Source: Bdellovibrionota bacterium | GTDB lineage: Bacteria > Bdellovibrionota > Bdellovibrionia > Bdellovibrionales > JAEYZS01 | DNA: 64,000 nt | Assembly (NCBI GenBank): GCA_040386775.1 | Contig: JAZKEU010000011.1 | Span: 109,374-173,373, forward strand | Direction: 5' to 3' | In this document: positions 7,983-17,899 of the stretch, one piece after another | Position numbering within the stretch: the first letter of the stretch is position 1 | Layout of the letters: the number at the start of each line of letters is the position of its first letter | The notes under the pieces: generated by a model | Databases searched by the model: none | What the model was told of the DNA's origin: nothing | What the model saw: only the letters and a program-made list of their open reading frames with translations | Made by a program: the position numbers and the translations under genes

Positions 7983-8891
7983 TTGAAAAAAAATGTTTTA
8001 ACCTTTACAGTCTCCTTGCTTTTAGGAGGCTGTGCCAGTTCACCAAAAATTACACAGTATCTCGGTGCTTCACGACCTGAAAAAGAAATTATCTTAGATA
8101 TAGAATTTGTTCCCCAAGGTGAAAAACTATGCGGACCCGCTGTACTGAAGATGGCCTCTAAAAAGCATTTACCTCATACACCGTTTGAAACTTACAAGGA
8201 ATTCGCTTTCCACGAAAAGGCAGAGGGTTCTTTTAAGTCGGATATGATTTCTTCTACTCGCCGCCTTGGACTTGCGCCCTACCGTATCCCCAATCTAGAA
8301 ATTATGTTTCAGGAAATTGATCAAGGTCGCCCCGTAATGGTTTTTCAAAACCTCGGTCTGTCTTGGTATCCGAAGTGGCACTATGCACTTTTGATTGGAT
8401 ACGACTCCTTCAGAAATATTGTATATCTACATTCAGGATTTACAGAAAAATTAAAAATGAATTTTGGTCTATTCACAAGAACCTGGAGACGTGGCGAGTA
8501 TTGGAGCTATGTGGTTGTTCCTCCCCAAACCATTCCCGCTCATGTTTCCATAGAAGAAGCTTTAGACAATGCTGTAGTATTTGAAAACATAAAAAATAAA
8601 GATGCCGCTAAAATTATTTACACTCGCATCGCCGAAAAATGGCCTTTGCGATTTGAGCCTCATCTAGGACTTGCAAATTTGTGGTACGAAAGTAAAAATC
8701 TAAAAGCTGCCATCAAAGAAATTCAAGTGGCTCTAAAAATCGCTCCCAATCACCCTGCTTTATTATATAACTTAGCAGTTCTTTACTACGAAACTGGCGA
8801 ATTGAAAAAAGCGCAAATTTTGAAAAATAAAACTCTCGCCGCAGCTCCCAATGATCAAAGGGAGACTTATCTCAAGAAGTTTAAATTTTAA
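7983..8891 (+). CDS. PA2778-family (C39-like) cysteine peptidase lipoprotein with C-terminal TPR repeats
   Basis: Probable TTG start at 7983 after GAGGAAA. Lipobox is LLLGGCASS. The papain-like Cys context is EKLCGPAVLKMA. TPR-like repeats are at the C-terminus (ALKIAPNHPALLYNLAVLYYETGELKKA). Confidence 0.65.
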   Translation: MKKNVLTFTVSLLLGGCASSPKITQYLGASRPEKEIILDIEFVPQGEKLCGPAVLKMASKKHLPHTPFETYKEFAFHEKAEGSFKSDMISSTRRLGLAPYRIPNLEIMFQEIDQGRPVMVFQNLGLSWYPKWHYALLIGYDSFRNIVYLHSGFTEKLKMNFGLFTRTWRRGEYWSYVVVPPQTIPAHVSIEEALDNAVVFENIKNKDAAKIIYTRIAEKWPLRFEPHLGLANLWYESKNLKAAIKEIQVALKIAPNHPALLYNLAVLYYETGELKKAQILKNKTLAAAPNDQRETYLKKFKF

Positions 8892-8926
8892 TTGGGGATT
8901 ATTCGAATTTAAGATAAGGTCTTAAT

Positions 8927-9349
8927 ATGCTTTGGGCAAAAAAACCGACAACAAAAGAATTGGATGAGGCTTGTAAGAATACAATGTGTTCGCACATTGG
9001 GATGGAATTTACGGAAATCGGTGATGATTATCTTATCGCAAAGATGCCCGTGGATCATAGAACCATTCAACCTGCCGGTCTCCTTCATGGTGGAGCCTCG
9101 GTAGCTCTTGCGGAAAGCTTAGGAAGCATTGCCTCGCTTCTTTGTTTAAAATCAAAAGACAAGATGCCCGTGGGGATTGAAATTAATGCCAATCATCTCA
9201 AGGCTACTACCTCAGGCTTTGTTCATGGCAAAGTCACGGCAATTCGTCGCGGACAGAGCCTCCATGTTTGGAATATAGAAATCAAGAATGACCAAGGCGA
9301 TATCACTTGTGTGAGTCGACTCACCTGCATGATCGTGGATCGTAAATAA
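8927..9349 (+). CDS. Hotdog-fold (PaaI/YbdB-type) thioesterase
   Basis: 140 aa with LHGGASVALAESLGS and a typical PaaI-family layout. Confidence 0.8.
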   Translation: MLWAKKPTTKELDEACKNTMCSHIGMEFTEIGDDYLIAKMPVDHRTIQPAGLLHGGASVALAESLGSIASLLCLKSKDKMPVGIEINANHLKATTSGFVHGKVTAIRRGQSLHVWNIEIKNDQGDITCVSRLTCMIVDRK

Positions 9350-9357
9350 TCTTTTAC

Positions 9358-9786
9358 TTATTTGAAAATCTCTAAAACTTTAACCGTATTATCTACCGAA
9401 GTAGAATCAATATAGCCAATACCACCGACATTTTCATTTACGAATTTTTTTATGCTGCTGTCATCTGGTAAAATTTTTGGTGGACGTCCATTTCCTGTGA
9501 AAATTAAATTGGACCAATAGATATTCATTGCAGTCGCATCTTTGTTTGCAATTTTTAAATAGAATTCTTTACGAATTTCTTTTCCTTCGGATTGATCAAT
9601 TGGTTTTGCGCTATTGCCATTAGAAAATTTTTCTTTGGCACCCAAAAATATTGATTTAATTTCCGCACGAGCGGTTTCACGCTCCCAAACCGTTGTGTTG
9701 TTGGAATTTATGATAACTACAATATCTGCCATGGCTTGAAGGCTTAATGTGATGCATACACTGAAGATTAAAAATAATTTTTTCAC
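9358..9786 (-). CDS. Small periplasmic substrate-binding-like protein (PstS-like short PBP)
   Basis: Signal peptide, then IVVIINSNN...IKSIFLG...YWSNLIFTGNGRPP...GGIGYID, as in short phosphate-binding-like proteins. Confidence 0.5.
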   Translation of the reverse strand: MKKLFLIFSVCITLSLQAMADIVVIINSNNTTVWERETARAEIKSIFLGAKEKFSNGNSAKPIDQSEGKEIRKEFYLKIANKDATAMNIYWSNLIFTGNGRPPKILPDDSSIKKFVNENVGGIGYIDSTSVDNTVKVLEIFK

Positions 9787-9801
9787 AAAAATTCCTTATA
9801 A

Positions 9802-10923
9802 TTAGAAAATAATATCCATTGCTACAGTGTATGTATTGGCTCCATAGCTTTTTAGAGAATCCTCGTAATTCTGCTGTGTTCTCATGTACTCACCTTTCAA
9901 CGCTAGTGATGGTGTAGCCTTATAATTTACTCCCAACATAAAAGAATGTTGATCTTTTTTCGTACTGGTACTGACCGAAGGATCTGGAAACATATAAGCT
10001 AGACCATTCAAACTTCCTTGCCATGCAAACGTAAGGTAAGGCGTTAATTTTGGTGAAATATGATAACCGAGACTAGCGTATGCTCCTGTGAAAGAGCGAA
10101 CATATCCTCCTCCCTCAACCAAAGCCCTGGTTGCTTCTGTAGCAAAAAAGAACTTCTCAAAATCTACGCTACCGCCACTCGAAACAACATGAAATGTTCC
10201 AAAATCAATTAGCGTGACTGTTGGTGGACCAGACGGCCCTGTAGAATAAGTCGTCAGAGTCCCATCTGCATTTGTTCCTATATAAGTAATATGAAACTTC
10301 ATATTATCTCCGGATAATAAAAACTCTACTCCTCGAGTGTTTTGAGCAGCCCCATAAACCTTTCCATTCACTTGATCAATTGAAACGTCACCTGCTCCTC
10401 CGAATATTTGCGCTTGGAAGCGATAATCTCCAATAGCGGTACTGTATAGAAGTGAAGCACCATTGAAAGACTTAACAGGAAAGGTTTCGTAAACTTCTGC
10501 TGGCAACCGTACCCATAGGTAAGTGAAGCCCACATCAATTTGTTCGGAATACAAAAATATAGGATTAATTTGGCGGCCTACGCGTATTGAAAAATCATCA
10601 GTGTATTTGTAAGTTACAAAAATCCAGTCCGCCGAAAGTTCATATGAGCCTTCGTCATTACCTTTGGCTAGTAACTGCCCTGCAAATCTGAACTCATCAC
10701 CACCTAAATCTGAACTCAAATTAAGGCCTAATCGACTTTCAGGATCTAAAGTAATGTATCGGTCCGTATTGCCAATAGCGCCTAGAGTATAAGGCGAAGT
10801 TGATTGTGAGCCCACAATGTCTGCAAAACCATAAATGCGTAAATCTGAAGCTTGAATTACAGCCATTGGTGTAAGTGTCAGTAGGTAAAATAACACCATC
10901 AGTAGAGATCTAGAATACTGCAC
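9802..10923 (-). CDS. Outer-membrane beta-barrel porin
   Basis: Signal peptide, alternating beta-strand pattern and a C-terminal aromatic residue (...YTVAMDIIF). Confidence 0.6.
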   Translation of the reverse strand: MQYSRSLLMVLFYLLTLTPMAVIQASDLRIYGFADIVGSQSTSPYTLGAIGNTDRYITLDPESRLGLNLSSDLGGDEFRFAGQLLAKGNDEGSYELSADWIFVTYKYTDDFSIRVGRQINPIFLYSEQIDVGFTYLWVRLPAEVYETFPVKSFNGASLLYSTAIGDYRFQAQIFGGAGDVSIDQVNGKVYGAAQNTRGVEFLLSGDNMKFHITYIGTNADGTLTTYSTGPSGPPTVTLIDFGTFHVVSSGGSVDFEKFFFATEATRALVEGGGYVRSFTGAYASLGYHISPKLTPYLTFAWQGSLNGLAYMFPDPSVSTSTKKDQHSFMLGVNYKATPSLALKGEYMRTQQNYEDSLKSYGANTYTVAMDIIF

Positions 10924-11072
10924 AGAACCTCCATTAAATTATATTTGTTAATACTAATAATAGTAAGTCCAATCCTCCTAGAAAAACAAGATTCAAACAT
11001 CATTATTTTGCCCAGACTAGTTATTAAAAATAATTTAACAAATTGAATTTAAAGCAAAACTAGCCGATAAAA

Positions 11073-12497
11073 ATGTATATGAAGCGCTTCAAAATTAAAA
11101 TTTCATCTTTTTTACCAAAGCTAGTTCGGAATCTACATTATTTTGGATTTGTAATTGTCTGTTTTTTAATCTATCAGACCCATAAAACGTCTCAAGTTTC
11201 AGAAACGATCTTGAAAGAATCTATACAGCAACAAAAAGAATTAAGAAATATCTCATGGCTAAACTTACTGACTCAAAGAGTGACCATACTAGCCTTTAGT
11301 CCAATGGTGACTAAGGACCCCAATGCTTACGATCAAGCAGAACGGATTGTTGAAAACCTACCTTTGTTATTAAAAGTTAAAAATGAGAATGATCCTGACT
11401 TCGCCATAGATAAGATGTTTATCTCGCAGGCTGATTTAGTTTTTAGCCAAATAAAACAAATTTCTGAATCAGGAAGATCCAATATCGACAATCAAAAAGA
11501 ACTGGTATCTTTACTGCAAAAAACAGAAGAACTCGGAACGGAGCTGAATGACCAAGAGTCTACAAGGTGGTTCGATCTGCTCGCCAAGAACACACATTTG
11601 TTGGAAGACCTTACCCAAAGAAAAAAACAAAACTACTTGAGTTATGGTCTATTCCTATTTTATCTCATATTTTTGGGATGGTTGAATATTCGAAAACAAG
11701 CTGCTGAGCAGAAATTGTTAGAGAGCCAAATCAACGAAAACACAGAAAGATTGCGCTCAGAAAGCTTACAACTAGAAAAAGATGCTGCTGAGAAAGCAAA
11801 CCTCGCAAAATCTGCCTTTTTAGCAAACATGTCTCACGAATTACGAACTCCTATGCATGGAATTTTAAGCTTTGCTAGATTTGGACAACAAAAGTTTAAT
11901 CTTGTTCCCCAAGAAAAACTCAAATCTTATTTTGATGAAATTCATGATAGTGGATCTCGACTTATGAATCTTCTCAATGATCTTTTGGATTTAGCTAAAT
12001 TGGAAGCCGGAAAAATTGAATATACGATGAAAGAAACATCTCTTCTACCAGTGGTTTCTTCAGTTACAGTTGAAATGAGTGCCTTTGCGCAAGAAAAAGA
12101 ATTGAAACTTGAAGTTGTAAACAATATTAAAGAAGAAGATAAGGCAACATTTGATGATACACGGATTATGCAGGTGGTAAGAAATCTTCTTTCAAATGCT
12201 ATTAAGTTCTCTCAAAAAAATTCTGTGGTTCAAATAGTACTCAACAAAACTTCCGAGAATATTGTCTGTGAAGTTATCAATACAGGCATTGGAATTCCAA
12301 ACTCAGAACTCAATTCCATTTTTGATAAATTCGCTCAAAGCAGTAAAACAAAAAATGGTGCTGGCGGCACGGGTCTTGGTTTAGCCATTTGCAAAGAAAT
12401 AATAGAACAGCATAAAGGTAAAATATGGGCAGAAAATCTACACTCTGGTCAAACTAAATTTGTTTTTAGATTGCCAAGAACAACCCAGCAGTTTTAA
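11073..12497 (+). CDS. Membrane sensor histidine kinase
   Basis: Two hydrophobic segments, H-box FLANMSHELRTPMHGI, and N/G boxes (LLSNAIKFS, GTGLGLAICKEII). Confidence 0.9.
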   Translation: MYMKRFKIKISSFLPKLVRNLHYFGFVIVCFLIYQTHKTSQVSETILKESIQQQKELRNISWLNLLTQRVTILAFSPMVTKDPNAYDQAERIVENLPLLLKVKNENDPDFAIDKMFISQADLVFSQIKQISESGRSNIDNQKELVSLLQKTEELGTELNDQESTRWFDLLAKNTHLLEDLTQRKKQNYLSYGLFLFYLIFLGWLNIRKQAAEQKLLESQINENTERLRSESLQLEKDAAEKANLAKSAFLANMSHELRTPMHGILSFARFGQQKFNLVPQEKLKSYFDEIHDSGSRLMNLLNDLLDLAKLEAGKIEYTMKETSLLPVVSSVTVEMSAFAQEKELKLEVVNNIKEEDKATFDDTRIMQVVRNLLSNAIKFSQKNSVVQIVLNKTSENIVCEVINTGIGIPNSELNSIFDKFAQSSKTKNGAGGTGLGLAICKEIIEQHKGKIWAENLHSGQTKFVFRLPRTTQQF

Positions 12498-12526
12498 ATA
12501 TTGCAATTGTACAACTAAGGATTCTT

Positions 12527-13693
12527 ATGAACTTAAAGCAAAAAGTACTGATCGTAGATGATGAAGCCCGAAATCAACGCATTATTTCTGAGGTTTTAGA
12601 AGGGTTAGTCGACTTTAAAGTAGCCTCTAGCGGCGAAGAGGCTTTAAAAATTTGCGAAGAATATGTGCCAGACCTTGTCCTTTTGGACATCATGATGCCT
12701 GGGATTAATGGATATGAGGTTTGTAAACTCATTAAAGCCAATCCAAAAACAAAACTCACAAAAGTGATTTTAGTATCTGGTAAAGCCATGATTGAGGAGA
12801 GAATCAAAGGTTACGATGAAGGCGCCGACGATTACATGACAAAGCCTTTTATTCCGGAAGAGCTTTTAGCAAAATCTAAAGTTTTTTTACGCCTCACAGC
12901 TATAGAAAAAGAATTAGTAGAATTCAATGCAAGCCTCGATGAAAAAGTTAAGCAAAAAACTCAACAACTACTTGAGACCGAAGGAAAGCTAATAACATCT
13001 GCCAAAATGTCTGCTTTAGGAGAAATGGCGGGGGGCATCGCCCATGAGATCAATACTCCACTAGGCACAATAGGATTATTGGCAGGACAGGTTGATGGGC
13101 TTGTACTTGAAGATCCAATTGATGTAGTTAGCATTTCTAATATGCTAAATATAATCAAAGAAACTGTTACTCGAATCGGTTTGATAATACATAGCTTAAG
13201 AACATTTTCTAGAGATGGGAGTGTTGATGATTTTGATTCAGTTCCAGTTAAAAAAATTATTGATAGCACATTAATGCTTTGTAACGAGAAGTTAAAACAA
13301 AACGGCATAGAATTCCAAATGGAAGAGATTCCTCAAGACTTAAAAATTGAATGCCAACAAGTGCCTATTTCTCAAGTACTAATTAATCTGATTAATAACG
13401 CCTGCGATGCAATAGAGCTTCAAAAAGAAAAATGGATTCGATTATCCATAGAAGACAAAGGAGATACCATTGCTCTTTCTATAACAGACAGTGGTAATGG
13501 TATTTCTAAAGAGATCGCTGAAAAAATATTTCAACCTTTTTTTACAACCAAAGAAATTGGTAAGGGAACTGGCCTTGGCTTAAGTATTTCTAAAGGAATT
13601 ATAAATTCTCATAAAGGTAATTTAGCTATCGATCCAGATTGCAAAAATACTCGGTTTATTCTTCAACTTCCAAAGTTAAGGCCCTCAAAATGA
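12527..13693 (+). CDS. Hybrid response regulator / histidine kinase (REC-HisKA-HATPase)
   Basis: REC motifs VLIVDDEARN...DLVLLDIMMPGINGYEV...KPF, H-box GIAHEINTPLG, and GTGLGLSISKGII. Confidence 0.9.
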   Translation: MNLKQKVLIVDDEARNQRIISEVLEGLVDFKVASSGEEALKICEEYVPDLVLLDIMMPGINGYEVCKLIKANPKTKLTKVILVSGKAMIEERIKGYDEGADDYMTKPFIPEELLAKSKVFLRLTAIEKELVEFNASLDEKVKQKTQQLLETEGKLITSAKMSALGEMAGGIAHEINTPLGTIGLLAGQVDGLVLEDPIDVVSISNMLNIIKETVTRIGLIIHSLRTFSRDGSVDDFDSVPVKKIIDSTLMLCNEKLKQNGIEFQMEEIPQDLKIECQQVPISQVLINLINNACDAIELQKEKWIRLSIEDKGDTIALSITDSGNGISKEIAEKIFQPFFTTKEIGKGTGLGLSISKGIINSHKGNLAIDPDCKNTRFILQLPKLRPSK

Positions 13694-14433
13694 GTGAACC
13701 CAAAAAGATTTCCATCTTATTCGTAGATGATGAAATGGATTTTCGAAATGCCTTGGCCTCTTCATTCAGTAGAAAAGGTTATAATGTTTTAACTGCACCT
13801 AATGGCAAAAAAGCTTTTGAAATTATTCGCTCACAACATATCGATGTCGTAGTCTCAGATATTCGAATGCCTCAAGGCGATGGAATCGAACTCCTTGATC
13901 GTACCAAAGAAGAGCATCACGAAACGCCAATCATTTTATTGGTGACCGGATTTGCAGATATTTCTACTGAGGATGCTCACCATAAGGGCGCAGAGGCTTT
14001 ATTCAGCAAACCTTTCGATATAAATACACTTTTAGATGCTGTTGAAAGGCTATTGACTCCCCCAGAACAACGATGGGCGTCTTCCTCATATGTTCAATTG
14101 GGTAAAGAAATCCAGGTTGAACTACAGTACAATAATTTTTCTACAGCAATAGAATCACATGCCGTAAGTATTGGTCGTGGGGGAATGTTCATTAACATCG
14201 AATCGCACTTTCCCAATATCAATGACCAAGTTAACTTTAAACTTACTTTTAAAGACAACGGAGTTCCTCTCAACGGGGTTGGAATTGTGAGATGGATTCG
14301 TACCCAAAACAATAGGAAGTATTCTTCTGGCTTTGGACTTGAGTTTATATTCTTAAATGAATCTGAGAGAAAAATGATTATTGAATATATCAACTCAAGA
14401 AAAAAACTTAAGCCATTCATTCCCAATAATTAG
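13690..14433 (+). CDS. Response regulator with C-terminal PilZ-like domain
   Basis: The ATG at 13690 overlaps the upstream stop (ATGA). REC motifs are ILFVDDEMDFR...DVVVSDIRMPQGDGIEL...SKPF. The PilZ-like core is VSIGRGGMFI...GVGIVRWIR. Confidence 0.75.
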   Translation: MSEPKKISILFVDDEMDFRNALASSFSRKGYNVLTAPNGKKAFEIIRSQHIDVVVSDIRMPQGDGIELLDRTKEEHHETPIILLVTGFADISTEDAHHKGAEALFSKPFDINTLLDAVERLLTPPEQRWASSSYVQLGKEIQVELQYNNFSTAIESHAVSIGRGGMFINIESHFPNINDQVNFKLTFKDNGVPLNGVGIVRWIRTQNNRKYSSGFGLEFIFLNESERKMIIEYINSRKKLKPFIPNN

Positions 14434-14434
14434 A

Positions 14435-15784
14435 TTATGCTGATGGTTTTTTTATAAGACTAATCAGGGCTTGAAAGGCTTGTTTATCAATTTCAAAAAC
14501 TTTGTTTGTCTGCATCTTACTGATCGCCTCTTGGGCTGTAAGAATTTTTTGATCTGGATAGCTTCTAATGGCATAATTGCAAAAAACATTTGCAACATTA
14601 ACTATTTTTGAAAATGGATGAAGTTTCGAATGGTCTACAGAACGAGGATAACCATTTCCGACGGCACTTTCATGATGTTCATATGCCACGGCCACAGATT
14701 CACTGGGAGCATTTTTAAGACTGTCCAATATCTCTTTTCCTCTAACTGTATGACTTTCATATAACTTTACTTCTTCAGCAGTAAATTGAAACCTTTGTTT
14801 TTCTAATAGACTCTTTGGAAGTTCTTTTTTCCCGATATCATGAAATAGGCCTGCGAAAGCCAACTTAAATAGTATAGCACCACTTTCCCAGCCCATTTTC
14901 TTAGCTATTAAAACTGACATTGCAGAGACCCCTAAGCTATGAGCATAAAGAAAGTCTGTGTGATCATTCAACCCCATTAGGATACTTCCCGTTTCATCAT
15001 CCTCAGCAATGATATTTAAACTGGATTGAAGAAAATCTTTAGCATGCTGGCAAGAGGTTTGATCAAAACTCGGAGAAAATATTTGCTGCGATAACAGCTC
15101 TCCTGTGTATTTTAAAAATCGATTTTTCTTTTCAGCGTTAATATTGCTATTGCCTGCAAGAGCCTTGGTGATCTGAACCGTAAACCCCACGAATGATGGA
15201 AAGTCTTCTTTCGTGACATATAAATATGCAATACCCTTATCTTTAAATAGATTAATTTTTTCTTCGGGAATTTTCCCACCTTTGTGAGCAATTTTTATGT
15301 ATTTGTCGTTATTTAGTTTAATAAAAACAGGACACGAAGTTTCTTTTTGAGAGACAAAATCTTCGATCGGTACTTTAAAAAAGTCAACCTCAGGCGGCTT
15401 TACTTCTTCTTTATTTTCTGCAGGCTTTAAAACACCCAATATTTTTTCAATTTTTTCTTTTAACTCTGTATCACTAAAAGGTTTTGATAAGAAATCATCA
15501 GCACCAAGCTCATCAGCCCTTTTCATTTCTAATAGATGAGAAAATCCTGTCATAAGAATAACGGGACAAGGTTTAGTTTGCTTAATCCACTCTAAGAGAT
15601 CTACGCCCGTAAAAAATGGCATTTGGATATCTGAAATGACCAAGTCTACATCTTGAATGGATAATATAGATTTAGCAACCTTACCGTTTTCAGCGGCTGT
15701 TACACTATAATTTCTAGCTAGAATTGCACTTAAAGCATCTCTAAAAGATTTATCATCTTCTACAATAAGTATTCTCGGTTTCAT
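14435..15784 (-). CDS. Response regulator with HD-GYP domain (RpfG-type c-di-GMP phosphodiesterase)
   Basis: REC motifs ILIVEDDKSFR...DLVISDIQMPFFTGVDL, plus LFHDIGKK and HHESAVGNGYP. Confidence 0.85.
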   Translation of the reverse strand: MKPRILIVEDDKSFRDALSAILARNYSVTAAENGKVAKSILSIQDVDLVISDIQMPFFTGVDLLEWIKQTKPCPVILMTGFSHLLEMKRADELGADDFLSKPFSDTELKEKIEKILGVLKPAENKEEVKPPEVDFFKVPIEDFVSQKETSCPVFIKLNNDKYIKIAHKGGKIPEEKINLFKDKGIAYLYVTKEDFPSFVGFTVQITKALAGNSNINAEKKNRFLKYTGELLSQQIFSPSFDQTSCQHAKDFLQSSLNIIAEDDETGSILMGLNDHTDFLYAHSLGVSAMSVLIAKKMGWESGAILFKLAFAGLFHDIGKKELPKSLLEKQRFQFTAEEVKLYESHTVRGKEILDSLKNAPSESVAVAYEHHESAVGNGYPRSVDHSKLHPFSKIVNVANVFCNYAIRSYPDQKILTAQEAISKMQTNKVFEIDKQAFQALISLIKKPSA

Positions 15785-15919
15785 AAAATTTTCTCCAGCT
15801 TAAACAAAAATGATATAACAATATCGTAAGTTTTACTAGAGAATTTAAGTCATCAGCGCAGCATCAAGGTCTATAAATAAAAATAATTAATATATGACTA
15901 TGTCACAAAACAGGACAGT

Positions 15920-16519
15920 CTAGAATCCAATATTAATAATTGGCGAGACTACGAAAAGACCTTTGTGGTGGAAATTAACAAGACCGATTTGAATTCCATG
16001 AAGATCTGTAGCTTCATTGATCAGGCCCAACTGTAAACCATAAACTACACGCGCTTTATTGTAAATGCCTGCTTGCACACCGTAGATCGCTGTTTGCTCT
16101 GTGAGGTTCACCAATGCCAGATCTAAGCCTACAACTTTTGAAGTGGCTTTGTTCATGTTCACGATACCTGCGAATTGCAGTCCATAAACGCTAGTTTTGT
16201 TGTTATTCCAGTTAGCAATACCCGCGAACTGTGTACCAATAGCAGTCACTGTCCCATCCGTTTTATTGAACCCTCCGGACAGAGCAATACCTGTGAAGTC
16301 CTGAGCCGTAATGTTACCAATCACACCTAAATCTATGCCGTAAACATCTCTATGAGATCCCCATAGCGCACTAAATCTTAAACCTGTGATGGAGAAGTCT
16401 TTTGTTGGAAATTGAACTGGAGGAACTATCCCCACCGCAACAGGTGAAACCGCTGCTTGTGCGTTAGAAAGAGTGAATAATACGAAAGCTACTACTGTGA
16501 TAAAGATATTTTTTGTCAT
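15920..16519 (-). CDS. Surface/outer-membrane repeat protein (G-[IVL]-Q-x-[AG]-[GLI]-x-N repeats)
   Basis: Signal peptide. Repeats are GTQFAGIAN, GLQFAGIVN, GVQAGIYN, GLQLGLIN and GIQIGLVN. It has a C-terminal Phe. Confidence 0.55.
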   Translation of the reverse strand: MTKNIFITVVAFVLFTLSNAQAAVSPVAVGIVPPVQFPTKDFSITGLRFSALWGSHRDVYGIDLGVIGNITAQDFTGIALSGGFNKTDGTVTAIGTQFAGIANWNNNKTSVYGLQFAGIVNMNKATSKVVGLDLALVNLTEQTAIYGVQAGIYNKARVVYGLQLGLINEATDLHGIQIGLVNFHHKGLFVVSPIINIGF

Positions 16520-16596
16520 GTCTCATTCTTGCATCAGCGTTTTTTGAATGCAAACCTTAGCAAGACATAAGTCTAGCTATGAGGAAACTTTACGCT

Positions 16597-17865
16597 TTAA
16601 GGATTCAATGAACTAGAGCCATTCGTAGAACTAGCAGGAATTCTCTTGTCTGAGTTTTTAAGAGTTTCGCAGAAATTAGCGTACCCCAACCTGCATGCAG
16701 ATTTTGTGTAATATTCAACATAGGTAGAACTTAAATTATAATCCGTCTTCATATCTACAAGTTTTGCACAAGCATCACCATTTCCTGAGACACAATTCAT
16801 ATGAAGGTTATTCACTTGCTTGGTTTTTTCCTTGGCCAAGGCTTGCTCTTTTGATTCCTGCTCCACTTGTGTTTTGATTTTCATTGACTGCTCAATCGCC
16901 GCATCACTAATAAATAACCGCAGAGTTAGCACCATACCAACTGTAACTAGTGCCGAACCACCAAAAACCCTAATATGATGTCCTCTTTTTAACTTTTCAA
17001 CCACATGATCTTCATGGGCGTCTGCTAAGAACAATTTATGATTGGATGCGCATTTTATTTCTCCAAAAACTTCGAATTCACTTTCCGTTAAATTTTCTGC
17101 TTTAGTCTTTTTTTGAGAAAGTTGAGCGGCAAAAGAATAGCCATCTCTTGCTTCTTTATGGCAAATTTTTCCATCGCCATTTTTATCTAGTAGCGCTTTC
17201 AAATTTTTAAAGCTTCTGCTATTGAAATCGATAATGCGATTTGCAAAATGTGTAAGGCCTTCGGCTTTTATTTTTTTTGCTTCCGCATTTTGAGTTCTAA
17301 AATCACCAGTAACATAAATTGGACAGCCCGCGCGTATTTCTCTTTCGACAACTCTGTATCTCTGTGAAAACAATCCATAGAATCTACCTTTTGGAGGAAA
17401 ATTTGGAATTGTTGTCGGAATGAGCGTTTCTAAAAAATGATTTTGTTCAAGGCTTTTTAGCGAGGTCCACAATCTTGCACTGCGCGCTTCAATCTCCATT
17501 TCACTTGTTGAGGCATCCACCATCGCAAGTCCCGTTGGATCTATAAGATAGAATGGCTTAGCGTGTGTATGAGAAAACACAGAAACCCAAACTCTTTTTT
17601 TATGCTTTCCCGATCCTTTTGATTCTTCTCTTTCCAGTGAAAAATGATAATAAACAAGCTCGTGCCCCTGCGGAGTGACGAAGCCTTTCTCTGAAGGCCA
17701 AGCAAAACCTTGAATTTCCACTAAGCCTTGTGGTGCTGATGCAATTTTTGATTTAGGAGTGTCTTGTATTTGTCGAACGCGCTTTTGTCTTTTCAATGCC
17801 TGCATAATAAAGAATGAGCCAAAACCCAAACACAATACTATAGCTTTAATGTAATCTACCGACAT
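16597..17865 (-). CDS. GIDE-domain membrane protein with EF-hand-like loop
   Basis: N-terminal TM, then IASAPQGLVEIQGFAW...YYHFSLE...PFYLIDPTGLAMVD (GIDE pattern). DKNGDGKICHKE is an EF-hand-type loop. It sits downstream of lemA. Confidence 0.55.
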   Translation of the reverse strand: MSVDYIKAIVLCLGFGSFFIMQALKRQKRVRQIQDTPKSKIASAPQGLVEIQGFAWPSEKGFVTPQGHELVYYHFSLEREESKGSGKHKKRVWVSVFSHTHAKPFYLIDPTGLAMVDASTSEMEIEARSARLWTSLKSLEQNHFLETLIPTTIPNFPPKGRFYGLFSQRYRVVEREIRAGCPIYVTGDFRTQNAEAKKIKAEGLTHFANRIIDFNSRSFKNLKALLDKNGDGKICHKEARDGYSFAAQLSQKKTKAENLTESEFEVFGEIKCASNHKLFLADAHEDHVVEKLKRGHHIRVFGGSALVTVGMVLTLRLFISDAAIEQSMKIKTQVEQESKEQALAKEKTKQVNNLHMNCVSGNGDACAKLVDMKTDYNLSSTYVEYYTKSACRLGYANFCETLKNSDKRIPASSTNGSSSLNP

Positions 17866-17899
17866 ATTTTAACCCAAAGTTAAGACTAGTGTTAGAGTT

